Source: a virus (Duplodnaviria; Caudoviricetes). Taken from it: 64,000 nt of DNA. The DNA is taken from IMG/VR virus record IMGVR_UViG_3300028603_000017, positions 160,001 through 224,000 of that record. One strand, written 5' to 3'. The notes under the pieces were generated by a model that was not told where the DNA came from, made no database searches, and was given only the letters and a program-made list of their open reading frames with translations. Both the position numbers and the translations under genes were made by a program. Below, piece by piece: positions 18,167 through 28,490 of the stretch; position 1 is the first letter of the stretch, and each line of letters opens with the position of its first letter.

Positions 18167-19690
18167 ATGATTCCTTTCGATACCTCGAACTCTCTGAGTG
18201 ATTCTGCGCATTTTCACAGACTCAGTGATTTTCGTGTGGAGAGTTTGCTGATTCAAAATACAGGGACGTTTAATCAACAGTTCCTAAGACCTTATGTGAC
18301 GAATTCGCATTTGAATAATAATGAGCTAACCACTATTGCGACCAGCATTATGGATAAAGTCCATCAAGGCAATATTGATGGACTGACTATTGCTGGTGTA
18401 GGTAATTCATTTTTGACCAGGTCTTCAGAGCCAGATGCCAGTGTCTTGATTCCTAATGGTTGGGATGTTCCTAGAGCACAATTCATCATGAAAATCGTGA
18501 TGACAAACTCTTTGGGACTATCCAATCCTTGTTTTGTGACAGGATATACAGACCACGCTGGCATTAATCCTGCTACAGGCACTATTGATCCTCGTATGAT
18601 CTTTATTGTCAACAGCATTACGCAGGCCAGGACTGTACAAATGAGGTCACCTGTAGGTGTTTCTCAAATGATCTCTCCGATTGGTACTCAGCAAATCATG
18701 GTGGATTTTTCTAACTCCAACATGCAGCCGACTTTTAACCACCAATACCAATACATGATGAAGCCTGACGATATCTTCAGGACCATCAATAACTCACCCA
18801 TGTATCGCAATGCTGATGATCCTACCGATCATAACTTTGTCAACGATACGACTATCAGGCTGGATGCCAGAGGAAAGTCTGGTTCTAAGCGGATCAATAA
18901 TCCCAATAACTATATTGCTGATGTCGTTAACTCGTGGGTAAATTCACCAGCCGATGAAGGCAGTACTCCTATTCAAAATGCTTTAAAGTATTACCGAAAT
19001 GTCAATACTTTTGAGAAAACAGATATTTGGAAGAATGAATTCTTCCAAGTCATCAACAGCAGAAGAACAGGATACTCCACATTTGGCAATAGCTTTACTT
19101 TCAAGGAACTATCTGATATTGACCCTAGTGTAATGAATGTCATTACGTTTGTGGACACACATTCTCACGAATTGCACCACACAGGTCAAACCATGCATTG
19201 GGGTGGGACAGATCTCAATACTGTTGCTGCTTCTATGCTAGCTAGTAGCGTGCCAGCACTGATGACTGAGCAGATGATTGCACAAATCGTCTTTAAGTCA
19301 ACCAACAACACTATCCATGGTCAGCCACAAACTGATATCATTGCTGGTGGTGGTTTTGACTCCAGTGTAGATATGCGACAAAACTATGAGAATTTCAAGC
19401 GTTTGTTTGAAATCATGGTCTTAAATGACATTACTTTCAATAACCAGATGGCTTACTTTCTGGAGATGAGGGTAGATATTTCTGGAGAATCTTGGATCAA
19501 AATCAAAATTGATAATGAACCTCTGATTGATTACGTTACACCAACTTTCTGTGATTCACTATTCTCACCTGTCATTACCACTCGAAAGACAAACCTGTTT
19601 CAAGTAACCAACGATATCGAATCCTTGATAGGATATGTAGATATGGCAAAGGAAGAGTCTAAATCTCATTACGGCAGCGCTGCCATTTAA
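18167..19690 (+). CDS. picA: nuclear import factor PicA/Imp1-like (phiKZ gp69-like)
   Basis: 507 aa with TGTFNQQFLRPY, IPNGW...R..F, GYTD and PTFCDSLFSPV segments; synteny. Confidence 0.7.
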   Translation: MIPFDTSNSLSDSAHFHRLSDFRVESLLIQNTGTFNQQFLRPYVTNSHLNNNELTTIATSIMDKVHQGNIDGLTIAGVGNSFLTRSSEPDASVLIPNGWDVPRAQFIMKIVMTNSLGLSNPCFVTGYTDHAGINPATGTIDPRMIFIVNSITQARTVQMRSPVGVSQMISPIGTQQIMVDFSNSNMQPTFNHQYQYMMKPDDIFRTINNSPMYRNADDPTDHNFVNDTTIRLDARGKSGSKRINNPNNYIADVVNSWVNSPADEGSTPIQNALKYYRNVNTFEKTDIWKNEFFQVINSRRTGYSTFGNSFTFKELSDIDPSVMNVITFVDTHSHELHHTGQTMHWGGTDLNTVAASMLASSVPALMTEQMIAQIVFKSTNNTIHGQPQTDIIAGGGFDSSVDMRQNYENFKRLFEIMVLNDITFNNQMAYFLEMRVDISGESWIKIKIDNEPLIDYVTPTFCDSLFSPVITTRKTNLFQVTNDIESLIGYVDMAKEESKSHYGSAAI

Positions 19691-19693
19691 CAA

Positions 19694-21136
19694 ATGACAC
19701 TCATTGAACTTTATACATCCATGCTAGCGGCTGCTGGCTTAACCGTAGACGATAACGGCTACGTTTCTGTCAATAACTCTTTATTCACAGGATCCAATAA
19801 AAATGAACCTGTTCTCGTAGACGGTAAGCGCTTAGTATTACCTACGCGAGAGCAATTGACAGATCCTGATCGAGAATCCAAGATTATCTTTCATCCATTG
19901 AGTGAAAATATCTTAAGAGGTGAATCGATTGTGGTGGCTAAGCTGCGCAGCATGTACGGTATTAGACTGAACTTTGCTGTAGCTGCTATTGTCTCTGGTC
20001 TGCTGGATCTGTGTGCCTCAGTAAATAAACATAAGCTACTCACACCAGATCAATCAGCGGTTCTTTCTGTAGCACCAAACTGCGATGAAACGACTGTTCG
20101 TGTATTTGCCAGTTTGATCAATAAAGTATTTGCTGATGAAAGTACATTCGTAAAACTGTATCTGCGCAGATCTGGCACTATCAAAGGTGTTAAATATTCC
20201 AGAGCAGGTATTATCAGCTTTCCGTTCTTTGAAGCGCTACAAGAAGCCAAAGATACTCTTTTTGGTGTAAAGCTGCGTAAAAAGGACAAGGAAGCCTTAC
20301 TGGCTATCTTTGAGTTTATTCTACCAAAAATAGGAGAAGCTGAAAGTTATAACCAAGGATCTGATTCAACAATAGCTCCGTTTACGGACGCTTTGATGAA
20401 AGCATTCATGGGAGTAGCAGGTAAACTCAATGATATCATCGATTTGTACAAAGACAAAATCGATGAGCTAGAAAAGCTCACCTTCGATGCTGATTGGGTA
20501 GATGCTTTCGAAGATCTGTCTGTAATGACATCTGAAATCCGTAGAGTACCTGCTCAAGCCGGTAATGAAGGAGAAGGAAAGAAAACAGACAGTATCCAGC
20601 AAGCTACTACACCCGTTACTAACTTGCAATACACACCACCGACAAACACTGCTCAATCTACTGCTTTGGCTCCCAATCCCGTAGCAGTACCTCAATATCA
20701 ACCACAGTATACACAAATGCCTGTGACTAATATTCCTCAAACTACTACAGCTCCTGTGCAAACTAAGACCTCTGAAGGCAAAGTTAAGCTGGGTGATTTG
20801 ATGAGCAAAACTGTCGCTATGCCTGCTGGTCCTATTCCTCCATCATTGATGGGAGAGATGAATCCTCAACTGGCTCAACAAATGGCTTATCAGCAGCAAA
20901 TGCAGCAGATGGCCATGATGCAGCAAGGTATGGTGCCTGGGATGCACCCAGGCTATCAAATGCCAATGGGTTACCCACAACAGATGCCTATGGGTTATCC
21001 TCAGCAAATGATGAACCAGCCTGGTATGCCTCGCTCAGCAGGCTCTGTCATGCCTAATAATCCAGTAGGTATGCCAAACCAAATGGGTTATCCCATGCAG
21101 CCTGGTATGATGCCTATGGGGTATCGACCTTTCTAA
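19694..21136 (+). CDS. conserved core protein (phiKZ gp70-like) with long Gln/Met/Pro-rich low-complexity C-terminus
   Basis: GKRLVLPT and FHPLSENILRGES N-terminal block; low-complexity tail. Confidence 0.7.
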   Translation: MTLIELYTSMLAAAGLTVDDNGYVSVNNSLFTGSNKNEPVLVDGKRLVLPTREQLTDPDRESKIIFHPLSENILRGESIVVAKLRSMYGIRLNFAVAAIVSGLLDLCASVNKHKLLTPDQSAVLSVAPNCDETTVRVFASLINKVFADESTFVKLYLRRSGTIKGVKYSRAGIISFPFFEALQEAKDTLFGVKLRKKDKEALLAIFEFILPKIGEAESYNQGSDSTIAPFTDALMKAFMGVAGKLNDIIDLYKDKIDELEKLTFDADWVDAFEDLSVMTSEIRRVPAQAGNEGEGKKTDSIQQATTPVTNLQYTPPTNTAQSTALAPNPVAVPQYQPQYTQMPVTNIPQTTTAPVQTKTSEGKVKLGDLMSKTVAMPAGPIPPSLMGEMNPQLAQQMAYQQQMQQMAMMQQGMVPGMHPGYQMPMGYPQQMPMGYPQQMMNQPGMPRSAGSVMPNNPVGMPNQMGYPMQPGMMPMGYRPF

Positions 21137-21146
21137 CGACATAAGT

Positions 21147-21175
21147 GCTACTAGGGACGAAAAGTCCCTAGTAGC
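21147..21175. terminator. bidirectional hairpin between convergent genes
   Basis: gctactagggac-gaaaa-gtccctagtagc. Confidence 0.7.
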
Positions 21176-21182
21176 CAATGTC

Positions 21183-21518
21183 TTAGGTTTTGTTTTTGGT
21201 TCTGTAAGCAGATAAGATTCTTTCTATCTCATTACCACCAGGTATTAATATATTCATCATCTCATGAGTATATTCTAAAGGCGATGACATATTGTTCATT
21301 CGCATAACGATATAATGATGATCTGCTCTGACATTCATAGCGGTTAGCAGTCCAAAGAAATCTCCTTCGTATTTATAAGCCAAACCCATATTAACAGGCA
21401 CTGATTGAGTGCTAGGTAGATTCTTTAAATACGTCATATGATCTTCTAATACGATCCTGAACTTAGAATCATAATAGAACTTTATACCAGGATTTAGTAA
21501 TAGTTCGTCAATTTTCAT
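21183..21518 (-). CDS. conserved small protein, possibly LysM/baseplate-wedge-like
   Basis: YKYEGDFFGLL...IVMRMNNMSSP...ILIP pattern reminiscent of LysM/tail-X folds. Confidence 0.55.
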   Translation of the reverse strand: MKIDELLLNPGIKFYYDSKFRIVLEDHMTYLKNLPSTQSVPVNMGLAYKYEGDFFGLLTAMNVRADHHYIVMRMNNMSSPLEYTHEMMNILIPGGNEIERILSAYRTKNKT

Positions 21519-21594
21519 TGTTAAATCAAAACTCTTTAGTTACATATTATCTTACTGAGTTGGTTTTTAAATGTTTGAATAAAGGAAAGCAAAC

Positions 21595-23709
21595 ATGAAT
21601 ATTCCTAGTCAGCTGCGTAGAGATCTATTATCTACTCTGGGTCTTAATCCATTTGTAGGCCATAACTCGTCTCCTCGCGCTCAAATGGATGCATCTCACC
21701 TAGGACAAAAGCTGGTCATAGCTAATCCTAGCCGTAAACGTATTAAGACAGGAATGGAGTATGAATTCGGAAAATACACATTCAGTGTCAAAACCGATAC
21801 TGATATCAATATTATCAAAACTATTCCCAGGTATCGACAAACTCTGGACAAAGATTCAATCAAGGACAACCCTGAGACGTTAGTTATCTACGAGGAAAAA
21901 AACTCTAACCGTATTGGAGTACTGAATCTCAAGAAGTATTGCTCTTATCACCAACACTTTGGCTTTGAATACAAAGAAAAAGATACGGTAGCTAAACTGT
22001 ATCGTGGTGCAGATATTCCTAAAGATACTATCCTGTTAGACTCTCCTGCTGTCACTGATGATGGTGACTATATGTATGGCAGAGAGCTTAATATAGCTTA
22101 CATGTCTCATCCTTCAGTATCTGAAGATGGGATTATGATCTGTGAGGATGTATTACCGTTCTTTAGATTCAAGACTTATGAAACCCGTGTCGTAGAGTGG
22201 GGAAATAAAAAGTTTCCTCTGAATCTATACGGTACTCATGAGGAATACAAAGCATTTCCTGATATTGGTGAGTATGTAAGAGACGATAATCTACTGATGG
22301 TAACCAGAACGTATGAAGACAATCTCGCTCCTGTTGAGATGAGTATTTATGACGTGATGATTCCTGACTTCATTGGAGATAAATGTGTTTATGCCAATGG
22401 TAAAGGTGGAAAGGTTATTGATATCAAGGTTTATACCTCTGATGCTACCTTGTTTGAAAACCATTCAAATATGGATACTCAGGTACAGAAATATTTGCAT
22501 GCTACCAAGAAGTTTCACCAAACCGTAGTACAGGAGTGGGAAAGGTTAAAGAAAGAAAGAGGTGCTAGTCTACAACTGACTCCTCGCTTTCAAAGACAAA
22601 TCGTAGAATCTTTAGCTTATATTGACTACGAATCTCCCTTTAGTAGAGGTAATGATGGTAAATCTAACCCTAGGATTACCAAGGAATACAGGAAGTCTCC
22701 TATCGATCACTACCGAGTAGAATTTGTGATTGAGTACGAGACAGAACCGGCCGATGGTTACAAATACACCGATCAACACGGAGGAAAAGGTGTAATTGTC
22801 CATATCGGTAAGCCTGAAGAATTTCCAGTAGATGCTGATGGAAACAGAGCAGATATCGTAATGGATGGTTATGCTACTGTTAACCGAATGAATACAGGTC
22901 GGATTTATGAGCAATATTTGAACGCTGCTTCTAGAGATGTAACAAAAAGAATACGTTCAATGATCGGTGTTGGAGAACACGACCCACATACTCAAGTCCA
23001 TATTGAGAATCTATTCCATACAGATCAGATAAAATTTGATCAAACTTATCGATATTTGATGGGATATTACGAGATTGTATCTCCACAAATGTTTAGATGG
23101 TTTGGGCAAGAAGCTGGTGTCGAGGAAAAGATCAATCACTTAGCTGCTGTGGTTTATGATGGTATCTATTTGTATTGCCCACCTGAGACGACAGTAGATT
23201 ATGCTACTGTCGTTAAGGAGTTAGAAAAACACTACAAACCAACTTATGGTCCAGTAACTTATAAAGGTTATTCTGGAAGAACAGTAACCACTAAAGAACC
23301 TGTCAGAATTGGTAGCGTCTACATGATGTTATTAGAAAAGACTGGTGATGATTGGGCTGCTGTATCTTCAGGAAAACTTCAACACTTTGGTATTTTGTCT
23401 CAAATTACCAGGAGTGATAAATATTCTAGTCCTACTAGAAACCAACCTGTGAGAGCTTGGGGTGAGTCTGAAGGTCGCATTATTGCTAGCTATGCTGGTG
23501 AAAAAGCGATTGCTGAGTTGATGGATAGGAATAACAATCCTCATACACACAAGCAAATTGTCTCATCTATTCTCTCAGCTGATAAACCTACCAATATTGA
23601 CCATGTTGTGGATAGGAGCAAATTGCACTATGGTGGCTCTAAACCACTGATTATTGCAAAACACGTATTGGAATGTGCTGGAATTCGATTTGTTTACCAT
23701 AAGACCTGA
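21595..23709 (+). CDS. non-virion RNA polymerase beta subunit, C-terminal part (phiKZ gp71-73-like), uninterrupted
   Basis: SSPRAQM, EDGIMI, GYKYTDQHGGKGV, NRMNTGRIYE and WGESE motifs of the RNAP beta subunit. Confidence 0.9.
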   Translation: MNIPSQLRRDLLSTLGLNPFVGHNSSPRAQMDASHLGQKLVIANPSRKRIKTGMEYEFGKYTFSVKTDTDINIIKTIPRYRQTLDKDSIKDNPETLVIYEEKNSNRIGVLNLKKYCSYHQHFGFEYKEKDTVAKLYRGADIPKDTILLDSPAVTDDGDYMYGRELNIAYMSHPSVSEDGIMICEDVLPFFRFKTYETRVVEWGNKKFPLNLYGTHEEYKAFPDIGEYVRDDNLLMVTRTYEDNLAPVEMSIYDVMIPDFIGDKCVYANGKGGKVIDIKVYTSDATLFENHSNMDTQVQKYLHATKKFHQTVVQEWERLKKERGASLQLTPRFQRQIVESLAYIDYESPFSRGNDGKSNPRITKEYRKSPIDHYRVEFVIEYETEPADGYKYTDQHGGKGVIVHIGKPEEFPVDADGNRADIVMDGYATVNRMNTGRIYEQYLNAASRDVTKRIRSMIGVGEHDPHTQVHIENLFHTDQIKFDQTYRYLMGYYEIVSPQMFRWFGQEAGVEEKINHLAAVVYDGIYLYCPPETTVDYATVVKELEKHYKPTYGPVTYKGYSGRTVTTKEPVRIGSVYMMLLEKTGDDWAAVSSGKLQHFGILSQITRSDKYSSPTRNQPVRAWGESEGRIIASYAGEKAIAELMDRNNNPHTHKQIVSSILSADKPTNIDHVVDRSKLHYGGSKPLIIAKHVLECAGIRFVYHKT

Positions 23710-23711
23710 TT

Positions 23712-25712
23712 GTGAAAATACTAGCAAAGACTCTTAATCAATATACAACAGACCAGTTATGGGATAATCTAAGAGGTAACTTTACGTTGGTATTTGATGA
23801 TGGAGAAATCCAAACCAATGCCAAGATGACTATATACTCCCACTATGCGTGGGAGTTTCACCGCAGGTATAGTCAAGTACCTTTGCTGGTAAGCCATCAC
23901 GTACAGTCTATCTTAAAAGGATCTACTCTAGGAGCTAAAACCCATATTAGCTTATTAGAGAGGATTCTTTGGGATACCTTTGATAAATATCCCAATGCTA
24001 ATAAAGTACAGTTTGTGGATGAATTGGCTAAACTAGCTTATTTCATTACAAACCAATACTACTATAACGAATTAACATATAGAACAGAACCTTATGTTAA
24101 TTCGTTGGATATCGTTGACTTTATTGAAGTCATGGACAATAAAGACGTAAAGTCTGTCTTGTCTTCAGTAGAGGCTACAGAATACGGTATTTCACAAGCT
24201 TATAATGCTATTAGTTATGCATTAAAGAAAGAGCCTACATTAGCTAATAATCCCTTGTCAAAAGGGATGAGATCAAAGTTGGTTAAAGAAGGACAAGTAT
24301 TACAATGTTTAGGTCCTAGAGGTAAAGTCACAGATATTGACTCTAACTATTTTAACAAACCTATTATGGTTGGTTATGTAGGAGGATTTAAGAACCTATA
24401 TGACTCCATGATTGAGTCTAGATCAGCAGCTAAAGCTCTTTACTTTTCTAAGAAAGAATTGCAAGACGCTGAATATTTCTCAAGAAAGCTGCAACTGCTT
24501 TGTCAAACAGTTAAGAACTTACATCACGGAGATTGTGGTAGTAAGAACTATTTGAGCTGGCATGTTAAGCCTCCTATCATTGAAAATGGTGAAATAGTAT
24601 CTGGTGGGGACCTACAGTACCTGATAGGCAAATACTATTTAGATACTGAAACCAATAAACTAAAGATTATTACTAAGGATGATAAACATCTAGAAGATAA
24701 AACCATTAAAATCAGATCTGTAGTAGCAGGCTGTAATCATCCAGATCCATATGGAATATGCTCTGTATGTTTTGGACAAATGGCTGATGTGATTCCTGAG
24801 AGAACCAATATTGGTCAATACACCTCTACCACACTGACACAAAAGTCTTCACAATCAATTCTATCGACTAAGCACCATGATGGCTCTAGCTCTTCTGAAT
24901 CTATTCAACTAACGCCTGAAGAAAAGAAGTTCTTTAAGACAGCTTCAGATGGAGTTAGTTATCTCCTATCTGAAAATCTTAAAGGAAAGAAAGTCAAAGT
25001 CATTATAGCTAGTCATGAAGCTCAAGGTTTAACGGATATTACTTTCGTAGATGATGTCCATAAACTAGCTATGACTCGGGTATCTGAAATTACAGATATG
25101 GGCTTTGTAGTAGAACACAGGGATATTGAAAAGACAGATTATTTCACCGTTAGTCGTGGAAAGCGATACGCTAGTCTGACATACGCAGCCCTTGACTATA
25201 TCCGTAAACACGGATGGACAGTTGATGATAAACGAAATTTTATCATTGATTTAGGTCAATGGAACTTCTCTGAAAAGTTCTTATCTATTCCAGCCAGACA
25301 TTTCAATATGTCTGATGTGACGCAATCCATTGCTCAAATGCTGGAATCTAATATGAAGGAGATCAAAAATGCTGAGGAGATGAAAGATCCTGAAGCTATA
25401 CTCGTTGAGTTATTTGATCTGGTAACGAAACACCTGAGCATCAATATCTGTGTACTAGAAGTCACCTTACTAGGCGCTATGGTGATCAGTAACTCAGGTA
25501 GAGACTTTCGTATTCCTAAGGCTTACACCACCAGAGAGATGGGAGCTAGTAAACAAACTATTCCTAATCGCTCTATGGGCGCAGCTATGGCGTACGAGTA
25601 TCATGTTAATACGATCTTCGATCCTGCTAGCTTCTTTAAGGCCAACAGACCAGATCATCAGTTTGATGTAATGCTCTGTCCTCAAGAAGTTTTACAAGGA
25701 ACACAACGCTAA
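23712..25712 (+). CDS. non-virion RNA polymerase beta-prime subunit, C-terminal part (phiKZ gp74-like)
   Basis: QCLGPRG, ESRSAAKAL, AEYFSRKLQ (bridge helix), DCGS, C..PDPYGICSVCFG Zn site, QSILSTKH (trigger loop). Confidence 0.9.
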   Translation: MKILAKTLNQYTTDQLWDNLRGNFTLVFDDGEIQTNAKMTIYSHYAWEFHRRYSQVPLLVSHHVQSILKGSTLGAKTHISLLERILWDTFDKYPNANKVQFVDELAKLAYFITNQYYYNELTYRTEPYVNSLDIVDFIEVMDNKDVKSVLSSVEATEYGISQAYNAISYALKKEPTLANNPLSKGMRSKLVKEGQVLQCLGPRGKVTDIDSNYFNKPIMVGYVGGFKNLYDSMIESRSAAKALYFSKKELQDAEYFSRKLQLLCQTVKNLHHGDCGSKNYLSWHVKPPIIENGEIVSGGDLQYLIGKYYLDTETNKLKIITKDDKHLEDKTIKIRSVVAGCNHPDPYGICSVCFGQMADVIPERTNIGQYTSTTLTQKSSQSILSTKHHDGSSSSESIQLTPEEKKFFKTASDGVSYLLSENLKGKKVKVIIASHEAQGLTDITFVDDVHKLAMTRVSEITDMGFVVEHRDIEKTDYFTVSRGKRYASLTYAALDYIRKHGWTVDDKRNFIIDLGQWNFSEKFLSIPARHFNMSDVTQSIAQMLESNMKEIKNAEEMKDPEAILVELFDLVTKHLSINICVLEVTLLGAMVISNSGRDFRIPKAYTTREMGASKQTIPNRSMGAAMAYEYHVNTIFDPASFFKANRPDHQFDVMLCPQEVLQGTQR

Positions 25713-25762
25713 TTAAATAGAGACTACGGCATAAACTCCGTAGTCTCTATATCTAAGGAGCT

Positions 25763-25816
25763 ATGATGCTAAACCCTTTAGATATAGAGACTACAACAAA
25801 TAAGGTTGTACAATGA
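25763..25816 (+). other. putative 17-codon leader ORF coupled to the helicase gene
   Basis: AAGGAG RBS, ATG at 25763, and TGA overlapping the helicase ATG (ATGA). Confidence 0.35.
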
Positions 25817-27363
25817 ATGAGTATTTGATGACGATTACCAAAGGTAGTCATTTCTTTAAAATAAATAATTTTGATGAACGTATTAAAGGAATTATCTTTA
25901 AATTCCTACATAAAAACATTAGATATGGGTTAGAAAAGATTCCAGGTAGCAATAGATACAGGAAAGTCGCTACAGGTATATTTGCTGCAGCTACTAAAGA
26001 TCGCAGTGAAATCCGTATCCATATTAACCAATGGGACGACTTTATTCGTCACTTAGGTTTAGAGTTTGTAGATCTTAAAAGAGTATTGATTCAAGAGCTA
26101 GAGCCTTATGAGCCACTACCTTTAGGAACTATTCTTAAAGATGAATGGATAGATGCTGAAAGAGATAACCAAAAACCTGTAATTGAGTATTTAGATGATG
26201 AAACTAATACTCAACGTAAGTTTATAGGTATGGCAACAGGCTTCGGAAAAGGCATGACTTGTATGGTGGGAGCATCCCATTATGGAAAACGTCTTGCTCT
26301 TGTGTTAAGACCTATGTTTATCCATAAGTGGATTGAAGATTTACAAAAGTATCTAAAGATCACACCTGAAGAGATTATGGTCATTCAGGGTAACGCTCAT
26401 TTAAAGATGCTTTTAGAGCAACAAAGACAAGGACTGCTATCAGATATCAAAGCTTTTATATTCAGTAATAAAACCTTACAAATGTGGTTTAAAGAATATA
26501 CTGAATATAAAGAAGATATCAGAGATATGGGTTATGGAATTACTCCTGAAGAGTTATTTCCATTTTTAAAAATAGGTCTTAGGATTATTGATGAAGTCCA
26601 TATGGATTTTCACCTTAACTTTAAGATAGATCTATTTACACATGTACCTAAAGCTATTTCGTTATCTGCGACATTAGAGAACAATGATCCGTTCCTAATG
26701 CAGATGTATGATATTGCGTACCCTATTAGAGATAGATATAAGTCTCCTCCTCCAGATAAGTACTCTGTAGCCAGATGTGTCCTGTACCATATAAAGGGGG
26801 CTCCTTATGTCAAAATTAAAACAACTGAGTATGGAGCTAAAAACTATTCTCATAACGCCTTTGAGGACTTTATATTCAAAAATGAAAACAGACTAGACAA
26901 TTACTTAAGACTCATTAAGTATTCTGTTGATGTTGGTTTCATGAATGATTATAAACCAGGTGAAAAGCTGGTCATATTTGCTTTTAAGAAAGAGATGTGT
27001 ACTAGAATAGTAGAGTATCTATTAGAATGGTATCCTCGTCTTGATATACGCAGGTATGTCTCTGAAGATCCTCCTGAGAATATGTACGAGCCTGTCATAC
27101 GGGTAACTACGTTAGGTTCTGGCTCTACTGCTCACGATATAGCTAGATTGAAAACAGCTATTATGACAGTTAACGTCGAGAGCTTACAAGCTAATGTACA
27201 GGCTTTTGGACGCTTGAGAAAGATACCTGATTTACAAACCAGGTTCTACTACTTTATCTGTGCCGATGTAGATAAACACATGAGATACCATAAAGCCAAA
27301 ATGGAACTTTTATCCAATAGAGCTACTAATTTTAATATTATTCACGCACCTTTTGCAGTCTAG
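25813..27363 (+). CDS. superfamily 2 (DExH) helicase (phiKZ gp75-like)
   Basis: ATGFGKG (motif I), DEVH (II), SAT (III), QAFGRLR (VI). Confidence 0.9.
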   Translation: MNEYLMTITKGSHFFKINNFDERIKGIIFKFLHKNIRYGLEKIPGSNRYRKVATGIFAAATKDRSEIRIHINQWDDFIRHLGLEFVDLKRVLIQELEPYEPLPLGTILKDEWIDAERDNQKPVIEYLDDETNTQRKFIGMATGFGKGMTCMVGASHYGKRLALVLRPMFIHKWIEDLQKYLKITPEEIMVIQGNAHLKMLLEQQRQGLLSDIKAFIFSNKTLQMWFKEYTEYKEDIRDMGYGITPEELFPFLKIGLRIIDEVHMDFHLNFKIDLFTHVPKAISLSATLENNDPFLMQMYDIAYPIRDRYKSPPPDKYSVARCVLYHIKGAPYVKIKTTEYGAKNYSHNAFEDFIFKNENRLDNYLRLIKYSVDVGFMNDYKPGEKLVIFAFKKEMCTRIVEYLLEWYPRLDIRRYVSEDPPENMYEPVIRVTTLGSGSTAHDIARLKTAIMTVNVESLQANVQAFGRLRKIPDLQTRFYYFICADVDKHMRYHKAKMELLSNRATNFNIIHAPFAV

Positions 27364-27376
27364 TTATTAAAATATC

Positions 27377-27631
27377 ATGATTATTCCTGAATCAAGAATA
27401 CAGCGCATAGCTTCGAAGATAGCAATCGCCATGATAGCTACGGCTGCTGGCTTACTATTATTCTTTGTTGTTCTTTACATTTTTGTTTCGCCTGTGACTA
27501 TCATATTTCCTGCTTTTATACCAATTTATGAATTCGTATTAGCTTATAGTTTCTTTGGTGCTTTTGTAATATCTATCTCAAGTTTGATTCCATTAACAGT
27601 TTCTATAGCTGCATGTAAAGGCACAGTATAA
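27377..27631 (+). CDS. small membrane protein (2 TM)
   Basis: Two hydrophobic segments. Confidence 0.55.
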   Translation: MIIPESRIQRIASKIAIAMIATAAGLLLFFVVLYIFVSPVTIIFPAFIPIYEFVLAYSFFGAFVISISSLIPLTVSIAACKGTV

Positions 27632-27700
27632 CTACGAATATCAATATAAAGAAATACATACAAAAATCAACTAATTTTGATTTAGCAATTCAGATAAATA

Positions 27701-27925
27701 ATGAAGACAATTAAATATCTCCTGATTACCGCTTTTGTTTGTTTTATTGGAGCTTGTTATTTAATGACAACTAACATATCTCCAATTCTCTCAGTAGCTG
27801 TTGGAGTATTGGCTATGTGTTTTGTAGGCACAGCTTGCCATATATACGAGCAAAACATATCAACCAGATATCACAGTACCAGTCATTCCGTTAATAAACA
27901 CGGAATGGTTGAAGGCTTTAGATAA
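27701..27925 (+). CDS. small membrane protein (2 TM)
   Basis: Two hydrophobic segments. Confidence 0.6.
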   Translation: MKTIKYLLITAFVCFIGACYLMTTNISPILSVAVGVLAMCFVGTACHIYEQNISTRYHSTSHSVNKHGMVEGFR

Positions 27926-27934
27926 AACGACATA

Positions 27935-27972
27935 CATAGCTCCCACTAGCCATTAGGCTAGTGGGAGCTATG
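27935..27972. terminator. bidirectional hairpin (CATA...TATG family)
   Basis: catagctcccactagcc-atta-ggctagtgggagctatg. Confidence 0.7.
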
Positions 27973-27980
27973 CTGTTTAT

Positions 27981-28490
27981 TTATTTTTTTGTAGCTGAAT
28001 TGATTTGATTTGTAATTTCTTGAGCTTTCTTAGCTTCCTTATGTAGTATATTTTCTATTTTCTCAAAGATAATAGTAATATACTCTCTAGGATATGCTAA
28101 GAATTCATGGAGTTTTAAACCCGTGTGTTTAAATACTTCTTTTTCAAAATAGTGATCTATTGTAAAATATAAATCACTACTCTTACAAATATCTTCTGCC
28201 TCGTGCAGAGCTACCGCTGCCAATGGTCTGGATTTGTCTCCAGAGCTCACTCCACTTAAATGATCATAAATACCAAAGTAGGTTTCATAAATATCAGTTA
28301 AAGCTATTTTAATATCAATATAACTGGTTTTAGGTAATTTCTCAGCTAACCTAGATATCTCTTCACTGATATTAATAAACTCTTTGGTAATTCCAGCATC
28401 AGTTTTTATAGACTGAATACCAAATTCATGATCATTTATATGTTTTTTTAGCGGTTTGTTATCTTGATGACGCGCTGCACGAGAGGGATA
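27981..28490 (-). CDS. -1 frame extension of the upstream gene (probable programmed frameshift product, 169 added residues)
   Basis: Frame open from 28508 to 27981 with no ATG/GTG/TTG until 28250; overlaps the end of the 509-aa gene across a T TTT TTT heptamer at 28496-28490. Confidence 0.6.
   Translation of the reverse strand, partial: YPSRAARHQDNKPLKKHINDHEFGIQSIKTDAGITKEFINISEEISRLAEKLPKTSYIDIKIALTDIYETYFGIYDHLSGVSSGDKSRPLAAVALHEAEDICKSSDLYFTIDHYFEKEVFKHTGLKLHEFLAYPREYITIIFEKIENILHKEAKKAQEITNQINSATKK

Noticed and set aside
21595-23709. Intron or intein in the nvRNAP beta gene (interrupted in phiKZ) or in nrdA/nrdB
   Set aside because: These ORFs are continuous, of expected length, and show no intron cores or intein motifs
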